Shown here one piece after another: positions 1 through 8,928 of a stretch of 64,000 bases of DNA. The stretch lies in NCBI GenBank assembly GCA_038216735.1, contig JBBQPY010000005.1:4036-68035 (forward strand), read 5' to 3'. Each line of letters starts with the position of its first letter. Position 1 is the first letter of the stretch. The position numbers and the translations under genes were made by a program. The notes beneath the pieces were generated by a model, which saw only the letters and a program-made list of their open reading frames with translations, was not told the DNA's origin and searched no databases. This DNA comes from Chthonomonadales bacterium (GTDB lineage: Bacteria; Armatimonadota; Chthonomonadetes; Chthonomonadales; Chthonomonadaceae).

Positions 1-1347
1 TCGGCGATCAATCTACGGGCGACGGGCTTACAGGAGCCGCTAGAAATACAAGAAGTCCGCGCTGTTTTTGCCAGCCAGCCGGTCGCCTATCGTGGAAGCT
101 TCGCGTGCAGCGATCCCGGCTTGACACGGCTTTGGGAGGTCTGTCGGTGGGCGACACAGATCTGTCATCAAACCCACCATCTCGACTCGCCGCATCATCA
201 GGAGCCGATATGCGATCCTGGCGACTACATGATCCTCGCACTCAACAACTACGCCGCGTTTCATCAGCCCGCGCTTGCCCGACAGGATCTCCGCAAGTAC
301 TCGTGGATCATGGAGCAGTGCAAAAACCATGTTTTCCACACAAGCTATTCGCTCCTCTGGCTCCAGATGCTAATGGACTACTACGATCACACGGGCGATG
401 AAGCGCTCGTTCGAGAACTGGCGCCAGCGGTCTTCTCACTGCTCGCGACCTTTACAGGATATCGAGGCAGGAACGGCTTGATCTCCGACGCGCCGAACTA
501 TATGTTCATGGACTGGGTGGAAATCGCCGGTTTTCAGGCGCATCATCCGCCCGCTGTGATCGGGCAGGGCTACATGACCGCTTTCTATTATCGCGCTCTC
601 GCCGATGGGCAGCGGATCGCACAACTGCTCGGCGATACAGACCGCTCGCATTCCTACGGACAGTTGCGTACCGAAACTGAGGCAGCATTTCAGCGGGAAC
701 TCTGGTCGGAAAGCAAAGGTCTCTATCGAGACGGCAAACCGCATCAGTCCTCGATCGCGCCCAACGACTGGCTTCCAGCAGACACGGATATCGAGACATT
801 CAGCGCGCACGTGAATGTCCTCGCCGTGCTCTACGATCTCGCCCCGAAAGAGAAGCAGGCAGCGATTCTGGAGCGAGCGATCATCGGTCCCGACTACTCC
901 TGCCAGCCCTATTTCATGCACTTCGTGTTCGAAGCTCTGGCACATGCCGGACTGTTCGAGCGACATGGGGTCACACAGATGCGCCGGTGGAAAATCGTGG
1001 AGGAGACGCAGTCGATTCGCGAAATGTGGACGACCGGCGACTTGAGTCACGGTTGGGGTGCGACTCCGCTGCGCCAGTTGTCAGCGCGTGTGCTCGGCGT
1101 TCGCCCGCTCGCGCCGGGCAGTACGCGCATCGAAATCGCCCCGATCGCCTGCGGACTCACGTGGGCGAAGGGTGTCGTTCCAACGGCACAGGGGGATGTG
1201 CGTGTCGCGTGGGAGCGCAAACGGGGAGCGATGCAGATGACGGTCGGCATTCCACGCGGATGCACGGCGGAGGTGCGATTGCCAGGACTCGAACAGACAC
1301 TTCCAGCCGGCAGCCATCATCTCACTGCGGCATACAGCATAGCGTGA
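1..1347 (+). CDS. Glycoside hydrolase family 78 (alpha-L-rhamnosidase-like), C-terminal part. The 5' end lies outside the window.
   Basis: The frame is open from base 1 with no stop until the TGA at 1345-1347. The protein shows (alpha/alpha)6 six-hairpin glycosidase and C-terminal beta-sandwich motifs typical of bacterial alpha-L-rhamnosidases: MDWVEIAG, AFYYRALADG, ELWSESKGLYRDG, GWGATPLRQLSARVLGVRPLAPGSTRIEIAP, WAKGVVPTAQGDVRVAWER. Family assignment is from recalled motifs, not a search. Confidence 0.6.
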   Translation, partial: SAINLRATGLQEPLEIQEVRAVFASQPVAYRGSFACSDPGLTRLWEVCRWATQICHQTHHLDSPHHQEPICDPGDYMILALNNYAAFHQPALARQDLRKYSWIMEQCKNHVFHTSYSLLWLQMLMDYYDHTGDEALVRELAPAVFSLLATFTGYRGRNGLISDAPNYMFMDWVEIAGFQAHHPPAVIGQGYMTAFYYRALADGQRIAQLLGDTDRSHSYGQLRTETEAAFQRELWSESKGLYRDGKPHQSSIAPNDWLPADTDIETFSAHVNVLAVLYDLAPKEKQAAILERAIIGPDYSCQPYFMHFVFEALAHAGLFERHGVTQMRRWKIVEETQSIREMWTTGDLSHGWGATPLRQLSARVLGVRPLAPGSTRIEIAPIACGLTWAKGVVPTAQGDVRVAWERKRGAMQMTVGIPRGCTAEVRLPGLEQTLPAGSHHLTAAYSIA

Positions 1348-1401
1348 CTCTACTTGAGCCCACACCCTATGTAGTATCGGGCAATCAGCGGTCATTGAAT
1401 T

Positions 1402-1456
1402 CTCTCCTCAACAGAAATGCGGTGCCTGGCTGGGTACCGCATTTCTGTTGAGGAGA
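1402..1456. terminator. Perfect 22-bp inverted repeat between the convergent GH78 gene and the beta-propeller lipoprotein gene; likely a bidirectional terminator.
   Basis: ctctcctcaacagaaatgcggt (1402-1423) pairs perfectly with accgcatttctgttgaggagag (1435-1456) around an 11-nt loop. It sits between a + gene ending at 1347 and a - gene ending at 1505. No clear U-tract. Confidence 0.5.
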
Positions 1457-1504
1457 GAATTGAGATCCGAGCGATCCGCACTGGCGCTTCGCCCGGGCAT
1501 CGGC

Positions 1505-3247
1505 TCAGTGTTTGAGAGTCACAATGAAGTCGAGTAGATCACCAGGGGTTATGCCGGGTGTCGCTAACGAGATCGTCGTCAGTGTCCCATCCGGATTTAC
1601 ACTGTAGAGTGAAATAACTCTATTGTTGCACGGGACATAGGCGAACTTGCCTGCCGGATCGAAGACGATCTGTGTGGGATCGGTCGACGTCGCTACGGAC
1701 GCCGGAGAGAGTGGCGTCAGCGTACCATCCACATTGATCTTTATCTGAGATACGGTCGAATCTCCGTTTACGACATAAAGGAAATGCCTGGAAGCATCGG
1801 TGCTCATCGTCACCGGATCGCTGCCAGTAAGGGCGCTGCCGGTCGCCAGAGCGCTCAAGGAGCCATTCGTGCCAATCAGGTAGGGATGTACCGTGCCGAT
1901 ACGGTTACTGTCTTCCGTAACGACATAGACAAACCGATCCGTTGCCGCCACAAGCTCGGATTTGAGGCTGCCGTTCACTGTAACGACGACGGGTGAGAGA
2001 GGTGTGAACGTGCCATCGGAATTGACCGAATACTGCAGGATGCCCTCGCCGTTTCCTTCGGAGGGCAGATAGACAAACCGCCCGGAGGTATCAAAAGTAA
2101 CTGCCTGTACCGCGAGCGTGCCAGTGATGAGTGGGTTGGCAAAGACGCCGTTGGAAAGCGTGCCATCTCCATTGATTACGAACCGTGTCAGCCGCTCTCT
2201 AATGCCGGACGCGCTGGTTGTAAAATAGACAAACCGGCCGGCAGGATCCACCGTACCGGACCGAACGCCGAATGGTGTCACTGTATTGGTCCCGCCGATC
2301 TGGGTAAGTGTGCCGTCCACACCGACGCTATACTGATAGATAGCATCGGAACTGCTGGCTCCAGAAGATTCGGCTACGTAGACAAAGCGACCCAGGGGGT
2401 CTGCCACGATCGTATCCGCGAAGACGGGCAGCGCGGGCGCGGCGGAAGGTACCGCCGTCAGCGTACCGTCCCCATTGATTTTGAACTGCACGATCTTGAG
2501 ATTGTCTTCAGTCCCATACAGGAAAGAGAGCCGGTTTCCAGCCTGTGAGGAGACTTGCACGGTGGCTTGAGTGGTCTTGCCGCTTTCCGTCTCGGTCACG
2601 GTCAGCACAGAACTCCCGACTGCCACACCCGTCACTTTACCCGTGTTATCGATCGTGGCGATATTCAGGCTTGCCGAACTCCAGGTCACTTTTCCCGGTG
2701 TTGTCAGCACTACATTTCCGGCGGCATCTTTGGCGGTCACGGTCAATTGGAGCGGCTGTCCAATAGTCACGATCGGCGAGACAGGCGCAGTTTCGAGGTG
2801 GTCGATCGTGGTGTTCATCGTGACCCCGATGCTCGCTGTCTGACTGGCGACGATTGTCACGCCGACCGCCCCTTGCGCCTGCGCGGTGCCTGTTCCATCG
2901 GCATTGGGGTAAGCCGTTGCGGTCAATGTGGCACTGCCGGGAGGCAGATTCGTAAAGGTGACCGTCGAGGTCGTCGCACTGCCTGCCGGACGCGCCAGCA
3001 GCTGGCTGCCCAGGCTCTTACTGCCGCTGACGAGGCTGGCGTTGATGGCGTTGGCAGCCTGTGGAATCAGGCGCGTGCTGGTTGGCCAGATGACTTTGAG
3101 GGTCAGACGCCCGGGAGAAGGGCTGATTCCCAGCGTGCGCGAACTGCCGCCGCACCCGATCATTGCCACCGTAAGCGCGAGCGCACAGACCAATTCGGCG
3201 AAGCGTTTCGCTCCCAGAACGTTCTTGATCGAGGCATCGCGTTTCAT
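1505..3247 (-). CDS. Secreted lipoprotein with a Big_2 (bacterial Ig-like) domain and 7-bladed beta-propeller (lactonase/YVTN-like) repeats.
   Basis: An internal Met gives MKRDASIKNVLGAKRFAELVCALALTVAMIGCGG, a lipobox-type signal (A-M-I-G-C). Big_2-like segment: VTWSSASLNIATIDNTGKVTGVAVGSSVLTVTE. Repeated beta-propeller blades: RFVYV..., GRFVYFTT..., GRFVYLPS..., DRFVYVVT..., RHFLYVVN..., GKFAYVPC.... The six-frame ORF extends to 3496; alternative starts are at 3307 and 3496. The start is uncertain. Confidence 0.6.
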   Translation of the reverse strand: MKRDASIKNVLGAKRFAELVCALALTVAMIGCGGSSRTLGISPSPGRLTLKVIWPTSTRLIPQAANAINASLVSGSKSLGSQLLARPAGSATTSTVTFTNLPPGSATLTATAYPNADGTGTAQAQGAVGVTIVASQTASIGVTMNTTIDHLETAPVSPIVTIGQPLQLTVTAKDAAGNVVLTTPGKVTWSSASLNIATIDNTGKVTGVAVGSSVLTVTETESGKTTQATVQVSSQAGNRLSFLYGTEDNLKIVQFKINGDGTLTAVPSAAPALPVFADTIVADPLGRFVYVAESSGASSSDAIYQYSVGVDGTLTQIGGTNTVTPFGVRSGTVDPAGRFVYFTTSASGIRERLTRFVINGDGTLSNGVFANPLITGTLAVQAVTFDTSGRFVYLPSEGNGEGILQYSVNSDGTFTPLSPVVVTVNGSLKSELVAATDRFVYVVTEDSNRIGTVHPYLIGTNGSLSALATGSALTGSDPVTMSTDASRHFLYVVNGDSTVSQIKINVDGTLTPLSPASVATSTDPTQIVFDPAGKFAYVPCNNRVISLYSVNPDGTLTTISLATPGITPGDLLDFIVTLKH

Positions 3248-3321
3248 CCTATCGTTGGCGGCTAATGCCACTACTTTTTCCGGACGGCATTTCGTTAATG
3301 TTTTCATTTGGTTGTCCCCGA

Positions 3322-3696
3322 TCATTGGATTGTCCCCTGAACACTGCCCGCCTGCACAGTTACTGTACTGGCTGCCTGCTTTGTGGCATCGGCCTGGCTG
3401 GTGGCTACGACGTGAAAGGTCCCCGGCGCATTCGGCGCAGTGTAGACTCCAGCGGCAGTGATGCTGCCGCCCGCCGTGCCTTCGTGCACGCTCCAATTGA
3501 CCCCGGCGCTGGTACGTCCGTTCAGGTTGGCAGTGAAGTTCTGAGTGCCTCCGACGGGGAGGGTAGCGCTCGCAGGAGCGATTGTCACGCTGGAAGGCAC
3601 CGGTGAACTCTCGTCGCAGCCGAAAAGCAGGAGTGGCAGCAGCGCCAGAACCATAAAAATTCCTTTATCGAGTCGAATGATTCTCTGGGATCGCAT
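3322..3696 (-). CDS. Small lipoprotein with a Big_2 (bacterial Ig-like) domain.
   Basis: Starting at the internal Met: MRSQRIIRLDKGIFMVLALLPLLLFGCDESS (lipobox LLFGC). A strong RBS AAGGAGG lies about 10 nt upstream of the ATG at 3694-3696. Big_2-like segment: SVTIAPASATLPVGGTQNFTANLNG...TVTVQ. Co-oriented with, and immediately upstream of, the beta-propeller lipoprotein gene. Confidence 0.6.
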   Translation of the reverse strand: MRSQRIIRLDKGIFMVLALLPLLLFGCDESSPVPSSVTIAPASATLPVGGTQNFTANLNGRTSAGVNWSVHEGTAGGSITAAGVYTAPNAPGTFHVVATSQADATKQAASTVTVQAGSVQGTIQ

Positions 3697-3823
3697 CGAG
3701 ATTTGTCCTCCTTGGTGAGTAGGGGCGCTGTACACAGCCTCATCGAGCTAAATGTCTATTGCGGATGAGCATGAGATTGGAGAAAGCGCGCAGGGAAACG
3801 CCTGTTACCGATAGGATAGCGGA

Positions 3824-3847
3824 TGGACGTGTCCACAAACGTGTCCA
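3824..3847. promoter_or_regulatory. Candidate operator in the divergent region between the lipoprotein operon and the SARP regulator: direct 9-mer repeat ACGTGTCCA x2 with 12-bp period, overlapping the palindrome TGGACGTGTCCA.
   Basis: The sequence ggaTGGACGTGTCCAcaaACGTGTCCAtagacac was read directly. SARP/OmpR-type winged-helix regulators typically bind direct repeats at 11-12 bp periodicity (established knowledge). Assigning this site to the adjacent regulator is inference. Confidence 0.3.
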
Positions 3848-3910
3848 TAGACACAGGAATTTCGGGATGAGGAAGAGAAATCTGCTCCTACATAAAAGTG
3901 AGGCAGAGCG

Positions 3911-6900
3911 ATGCGCGAGGAAAGACAAACGATTCAATCGGCAGAAAGGCTGACCATTCGCCTCTTCGGGGCGTTTTCGATGCACCGAGGCGAACGCGAG
4001 GCTCCTCGCGCCCGCACGCGCAAGGAGCAAAGTCTGCTCGCACTCCTCATCCTCAGCCATGCCTCCCCTCTCGACCGCGACTGGCTGGCGGGCGTCTTCT
4101 GGCCCGACAGCGAAGAGAAGCAGGCGCTCTACAATCTGCGCCGCAGCCTCAGTAATCTGCGACAGATCCTGGGCACGGACGCCTCACGTCTGTCTTCTCC
4201 CACGCCGCGCGCGCTCTGTTTTGACCTCTCTGGCTCGCGAATAGATGTCGTCGCCTTCGATGCCGCTCTCACAGAAAATACCGAAGCATCTCTGGAACGC
4301 GCCGTCGCACTCTATCGAGCGCCGTTGCTCGAAGGCTGCGGAGAGTCCTGGATTGTGCCGGAGCGCGAGGCGCGCGAGCAGGCATATCTTCGGGCGCTCG
4401 AAATACTGGCAGCCCGCGCCCGCGAACGGGGTGACGAGGCGACCGCAGTCCGCCACCTACGCGCCGCAATTCAGACCGACCCATTTCGCGAGACCGCCCA
4501 GCGTTCTCTACTGCAAGCGCTCCTCGCTCAGGACGATCTTGCCAGCGCGACCGATGTCTACCGTCGCTTCCGCTTACTTCTCCATCGCACATTGAACACA
4601 GAACCCGCCCCGGAAACCGCCGATCTCGCGCAGCAGATCAAGGCGCGTCTGCGCTCAGCGCAGAACGGCACCCGACTCGCGCGACCCGAGGGCGAGCGCA
4701 TGCGCATCCCACGTCATTTTCCGCGACAGATCTCCTCCCGAGTCGGTCGCGACGGGGATATCGCAGCGATACAAACTCTACTGCGCTCGACACGCCTCAT
4801 AACCCTTACTGGAATTGGAGGCATCGGCAAAACGAGGCTTGCGCTCGAAGTGGCGGAACGGTGTGCGGAAAGCTACTTCGATGGGGTCTGGTTCGTAGGA
4901 CTATCCGAAATTTGCGATTCGAAGCGAATCGTTTCTTTTGTTTCTTCTGCGCTTGGTTTGGCTGAAGATCAGCAAGCGCAGCAAGAGAGTCCGCTCGACG
5001 TCTTGTGCCGATTACTGGAAAGCAAAACACTTTTGCTGATTCTGGATAATTGTGAGCATCTGATCGACGCCTGCGCTCCTCTCGCAAAGACATTATTACA
5101 AAGATGCCCCGGGCTCACGCTGCTGGCGACAAGCCGCCAGTCGTTGGGAATTGAAGGGGAACATCTATGGCGTGTTATGCCGCTCACAGTACCCTGCCCG
5201 CAAAGTTGCGAAGGTTCCAGAATTGATATTTCGGACCGAGTAGTGCCGGATCCCGAAGAATCCGAAGCCGTACGCCTGTTTCTAGAGCGCACCAGACAGG
5301 TCGTTCACAGTTTTCAGATCACGTCTAAAAACAGAAACGCAGTCAGCACGATATGCCGTATGACCGAGGGAATTCCTTTTGCAATCGAGCTGGCGGCCGC
5401 CTGGCTCCGCGCACTGCCGGTCGAGCAGGTTGCCGCGCGAATGAGCAAGCGGTTGCTCATGCCAGCGGGAAGCAATCGCACAACCGTACAGCGCCAACAG
5501 ACGCTGCGCTCGATGCTGGATTGGAGCTGCTGTCTGCTGGCGGAAGAGGAAAAACGCCTCCTGTATCGCCTCTCCGTTTTTGTCGGAGGCTGCACATTGG
5601 AAGCGGCGGAAGCGATCGGAAGCGAGGCAGCAGATGAAAAAAATGAAGCAAATGCGCAGGGAGAGGTCATGGGGCTGCTGGCGCGGCTCGTCGATAAATC
5701 CCTGGTGGTCTTCAGCGACGAGGAAGATGGGGCGCGCTATCACCTGCTCGAGATGACCCGCGAATACGCGCAGGAACAGTTGGCGCACGACGAGCAGCGG
5801 CAAGCACGACGCATTCATGCAGACTATTTTTTACATCTGGCTGAAAGTACGCTGGAGTGCGAGGACCGCCGGTACCTCTCTGAGGCATGGTATCGTCGCA
5901 TCGCCTGTGATTACGAAAATTTTCATGCCGCTCTGCTCTGGCTGGCGACGGATGCGGCAGATCCCGCCGATGGACTGCGGATGGCAGCGGCGCTCTGGCG
6001 CTGCTGGGCTGCGAACAGCCGACTGAGCGAAGGCAGAGCGCTGCTGGAGCGCTTGCTCGAGAAATCTCCGCCGATCGTTTCTTCCGCAAGCGTTTCCGCC
6101 GCGCGATGTCGAGCGCTCTATGGAGCAGGAGTTCTTGCTGCAAGTCAGAGCGAATATGCACCTGCCGCTGCCCGATTTCACGAAGCGCTGCAAATCTGCC
6201 GTGAGCTCAGCCTGCACCAAGAGGAGTCGGAGTGTCTCTTACAACTTGGTATTATTGCCCGTGATCGAGGGGAGATAGCGGAGGCACACTCTCTTCTGGA
6301 ACAGTCGTTTGCAGTGCGGCGCACACTCCCCGATCCCGGAGACATCACGCCTACTCTGATCAGTCTTGGCAATGTGGCATGTGATGCGGGGGACTATAGT
6401 CTGGCTTCTGCCCGCTACACCGAGAGCCTCGCGCGCAGCCAGGAGGCAGGACAGGAGTTCGGAATCGCTTATTCCCAACGCGCACTGGGCGGTCTGGCGT
6501 ATCATCGAGGAGACTATGCAGAAGCGGAGAGGTGGTATCTGCGCTGCCAGTCTCTGTTTCAAAAATTAGGGCATAGTTGGGGGATGGCTTACACCTGCAA
6601 TCGGCTGGGAGCGATTGCCGCTCTGCGCGGCGATTTTCAGGAAGCGCGGTCTCTGATCCAGAAGGGACTGCAAATATGGGAGGACGCGCAGGATCGTGCG
6701 GGAGTGTCGTTTGCCTTGAGCTCACTTGCTCTGACAGCCGCGCAAGAGGGCGATTTTAATCGGGCTCGAACGCTCTATAATGAGAGTCTGGCAATCGCGA
6801 GGGAGCTCGGGAATCGGAGCGATGCGTGGCAGGTCGTGGTACGCCTCGGGTGTGATGCGGCGGCGGAGGAGGCGTGGGAGCGAGCAGTCGTACTGCTGGC

Positions 6901-7081
6901 TGCTGCAGAAACTGGTTACCGGCGCCTCTGTTTATCGCTTCCTCATCTGGAGCAGCATTTTCAGACGCAGGCGATGACCAGGATCCATTCTGTGGTCGAC
7001 GAGGTCACTTTCTCGCTCTGGCATGGTCGGGGCGCGGCTTTTACTCTGGACGAGGCAGTTGCCTATGCCTTCCTCTATTAG
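3911..7081 (+). CDS. SARP/AfsR-family STAND transcriptional regulator: OmpR-type winged-helix DNA-binding domain, BTAD, NB-ARC/AAA NTPase, C-terminal TPR repeats.
   Basis: N-terminal RLTIRLFGAFSMHRGE...EQSLLALLILSHASPLDRDWLAGVFWPDSEEKQALYNLRRSLSNLRQILG is the SARP/OmpR-C pattern. BTAD helices follow: ALYRAPLLEG...YLRALE.... Walker A: LTGIGGIGKTRLALEVA. Walker B-like: LLLILDNCEHL. The C-terminal third is TPR-like, with many 34-aa A/L/Y/G repeats. RBS GAGG lies upstream of the ATG at 3911. 1056 aa. Confidence 0.8.
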   Translation: MREERQTIQSAERLTIRLFGAFSMHRGEREAPRARTRKEQSLLALLILSHASPLDRDWLAGVFWPDSEEKQALYNLRRSLSNLRQILGTDASRLSSPTPRALCFDLSGSRIDVVAFDAALTENTEASLERAVALYRAPLLEGCGESWIVPEREAREQAYLRALEILAARARERGDEATAVRHLRAAIQTDPFRETAQRSLLQALLAQDDLASATDVYRRFRLLLHRTLNTEPAPETADLAQQIKARLRSAQNGTRLARPEGERMRIPRHFPRQISSRVGRDGDIAAIQTLLRSTRLITLTGIGGIGKTRLALEVAERCAESYFDGVWFVGLSEICDSKRIVSFVSSALGLAEDQQAQQESPLDVLCRLLESKTLLLILDNCEHLIDACAPLAKTLLQRCPGLTLLATSRQSLGIEGEHLWRVMPLTVPCPQSCEGSRIDISDRVVPDPEESEAVRLFLERTRQVVHSFQITSKNRNAVSTICRMTEGIPFAIELAAAWLRALPVEQVAARMSKRLLMPAGSNRTTVQRQQTLRSMLDWSCCLLAEEEKRLLYRLSVFVGGCTLEAAEAIGSEAADEKNEANAQGEVMGLLARLVDKSLVVFSDEEDGARYHLLEMTREYAQEQLAHDEQRQARRIHADYFLHLAESTLECEDRRYLSEAWYRRIACDYENFHAALLWLATDAADPADGLRMAAALWRCWAANSRLSEGRALLERLLEKSPPIVSSASVSAARCRALYGAGVLAASQSEYAPAAARFHEALQICRELSLHQEESECLLQLGIIARDRGEIAEAHSLLEQSFAVRRTLPDPGDITPTLISLGNVACDAGDYSLASARYTESLARSQEAGQEFGIAYSQRALGGLAYHRGDYAEAERWYLRCQSLFQKLGHSWGMAYTCNRLGAIAALRGDFQEARSLIQKGLQIWEDAQDRAGVSFALSSLALTAAQEGDFNRARTLYNESLAIARELGNRSDAWQVVVRLGCDAAAEEAWERAVVLLAAAETGYRRLCLSLPHLEQHFQTQAMTRIHSVVDEVTFSLWHGRGAAFTLDEAVAYAFLY

Positions 7082-7133
7082 AGCAACCAGTCGATCATTC
7101 GGCGTCGAGAGCGGCCTCCGACGGACGCTGCGT

Positions 7134-7227
7134 CTCCTTTCAGTCGGCATTCTGCGTGGATACACGGCGGAGGTACGACTGCCCGGCTACTAACAGACAC
7201 TGCCCGCCGGACGTGATCGTTTAACTG
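7134..7227 (+). pseudogene. Degenerate remnant of a GH78 C-terminal coding end, about 75% identical to 1246-1347.
   Basis: gtcggcattctgcgtggatacacggcggaggtacgactgcccggctactaacagacactgcccgccgg aligns with gtcggcattccacgcggatgcacggcggaggtgcgattgccaggactcgaacagacacttccagccgg. Conceptual translation VGILRGYTAEVRLPGY*QTLPAG matches VGIPRGCTAEVRLPGLEQTLPAG and is broken by an in-frame stop. Confidence 0.5.
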
Positions 7228-7488
7228 CAGTATAACAGCACAGTCTGCCTCTGATAACTGCTGTCGAACTGCAAAACAGGAAGATAGCCGCGCTGGCATC
7301 GAGGCCTCTCGCTGAAATACTGCCTGGACGAATGAGACAGATGCAGGAATTGAGCGGCTGCAGGACGCATATACTGGCAGCAGATGAATGCTCCTCAGGC
7401 TGCTATGATAATGACATAAAAAGCACGTCAACGAGCTCCCAGAAACGCGGCTCAAAAGCGAGGTCGGCGCACAGGTGAATACGAACAA

Positions 7489-8667
7489 ATGAAGATTACC
7501 AAAATAGAAACGCATGTCTGCAACGCGCGGATGCGTAACTGGATTTTTGTCAAGGTGCTGACGGATCAGCCCGGTCTGTGGGGATGGGGCGAGGCGACAC
7601 TGGAGTGGCACACACGCTCCGTGCTTGGCGCGATCGCCGACCTCGAACCGCTGCTGCTCGGCGAAGATCCGACACGGATCGAACACCTCTGGCAGATGAT
7701 GTACCGTCAGCATTTCTGGCATGGCAACGGAATCGTGCGCGGCACGGCGATTTCAGGCATCGACCTAGCCCTCTGGGATATCCTCGGCAAAATCCACAAT
7801 GTGCCCTGTCACAAGCTCTGGGGCGGACCGGTGCGCGACTATGTCCGGCTCTACTCGCATCTCGGCGGCGGCAGGATGGAAGACTTCTACGAGACCTCCC
7901 CGGCGGACGCGAGCCGGTTCGCCGATCTCGCGCTGCAGGCTGTGGACGATGGATTTACGGCCTTCAAGACGATGGCGGTGCCGGAGACCGCGCCGCTCGA
8001 AGGTCTGCGCCCGATCAAATACGCCGAAGCGTGCGTTCGCGCAATGCGTGAGGCGGTCGGCGACAATATCGACATCATGGTGGACTGCCACGCTCGCCCC
8101 TCGCCGCGCATGGGAATGATGTTCGCCAAAGCGCTCGAACCCTACGGTCTCTACTGGTTCGAAGAGCCCTGCTGGCCCGAAGCGGTCGATGAGATCGCCG
8201 CAATTCAGCACGCCGTCTCGACACCGATCGCCACTGGCGAGCGATTGATCACCCAGTATGCCGTTCGCGAGTACCTGGAGAAGCGCGCCTGCAGCGTTTT
8301 GCAGTGCGATATCACACACTGTGGAGGGCTGTCGGAGATACGTCGAATTGCGGCGATGGCGGAAGCGTACCGCGTCGCGCTCGCCCCGCACAACCCGCAG
8401 GGACCAGTCAGCACGGCAGCGTCACTGGAGTTGGGCTTCGCCACACCGTCCTACATCATCTGTGAGTCGGTGCACTCGGATGTGCCGTGGCGCGAGGATA
8501 TCATGAGCGCGATGTTCACTGTCGAGAAAAAAGGACGCCTCGTGCGCCCCGGCACACTGCCCGGACTCGGCGTCGAAATCAACGAAAAAGAGGTCGCGAA
8601 GCATCCGTTCGAACAGGAGATCCTCCAGCGCAGCTTCTATGCGGACGGCAGTGTAGGCGACTGGTAG
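7489..8667 (+). CDS. dgoD: D-galactonate dehydratase family (enolase superfamily; mandelate racemase/muconate-lactonising enzyme fold).
   Basis: The N-terminus [10 protein letters not shown]...[24 protein letters not shown]...[54 protein letters not shown] aligns closely with recalled E. coli DgoD ([31 protein letters not shown]...LWDIKGK...). Metal-ligand region [10 protein letters not shown] and LAPHNPQGP are present. Mannonate dehydratase (ManD) belongs to the same family and cannot be excluded. Confidence 0.75.
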   Translation: MKITKIETHVCNARMRNWIFVKVLTDQPGLWGWGEATLEWHTRSVLGAIADLEPLLLGEDPTRIEHLWQMMYRQHFWHGNGIVRGTAISGIDLALWDILGKIHNVPCHKLWGGPVRDYVRLYSHLGGGRMEDFYETSPADASRFADLALQAVDDGFTAFKTMAVPETAPLEGLRPIKYAEACVRAMREAVGDNIDIMVDCHARPSPRMGMMFAKALEPYGLYWFEEPCWPEAVDEIAAIQHAVSTPIATGERLITQYAVREYLEKRACSVLQCDITHCGGLSEIRRIAAMAEAYRVALAPHNPQGPVSTAASLELGFATPSYIICESVHSDVPWREDIMSAMFTVEKKGRLVRPGTLPGLGVEINEKEVAKHPFEQEILQRSFYADGSVGDW

Positions 8668-8784
8668 AGCATTGGCCATTCTCCCCTTCCTGATAATCGC
8701 ACGAAATCGAAGGAGCTGGCAGCAAAGTCGAAGTGCAAATTTGCTCACTCGTTCCCGAGAGCATCAACAAATCTGTCGGCAATG

Positions 8785-8816
8785 TCTCTCCCTCTCCCGA
8801 AGCTTCGGGAGAGGGA
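8785..8816. repeat. R2 palindrome copy a (CTCTCCCTCTCCCGAAGCTTCGGGAGAGGGAG); probable hairpin/terminator.
   Basis: A perfect 32-nt palindrome centred on AAGCTT, in the convergent intergenic region between the dgoD-like and PEP-CTERM genes. A near-identical palindrome is at 48452-48482, and a degenerate CTCCC..GGGAG copy at 26575-26612. Confidence 0.5.
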
Positions 8817-8867
8817 GTTGGGAGTGGTGAATCGTTACGAGGAAAGGTATCGGAGAAAGGTCCCGTG

Positions 8868-8888
8868 GTGAGGCGCTTCGCCTCACCG
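8868..8888. terminator. Hairpin ggtgaggcg-cttc-cgcctcacc downstream of the PEP-CTERM gene.
   Basis: A 9-bp perfect stem with a 3-nt loop lies just beyond the stop of the minus-strand gene ending at 8929; this is the second hairpin in this convergent spacer. Confidence 0.4.
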
Positions 8889-8928
8889 GCAAGGGATTCG
8901 GACACGAATGAGGTTTGTCGAGCTCAGA

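Noticed and set aside
6874-7224. Six-frame ORF of 116 aa downstream of the regulator gene.
   Set aside because: Its 3' part overlaps the GH78-remnant DNA in a different frame. It has no RBS or family signal, and the region is better explained as a decayed gene fragment.
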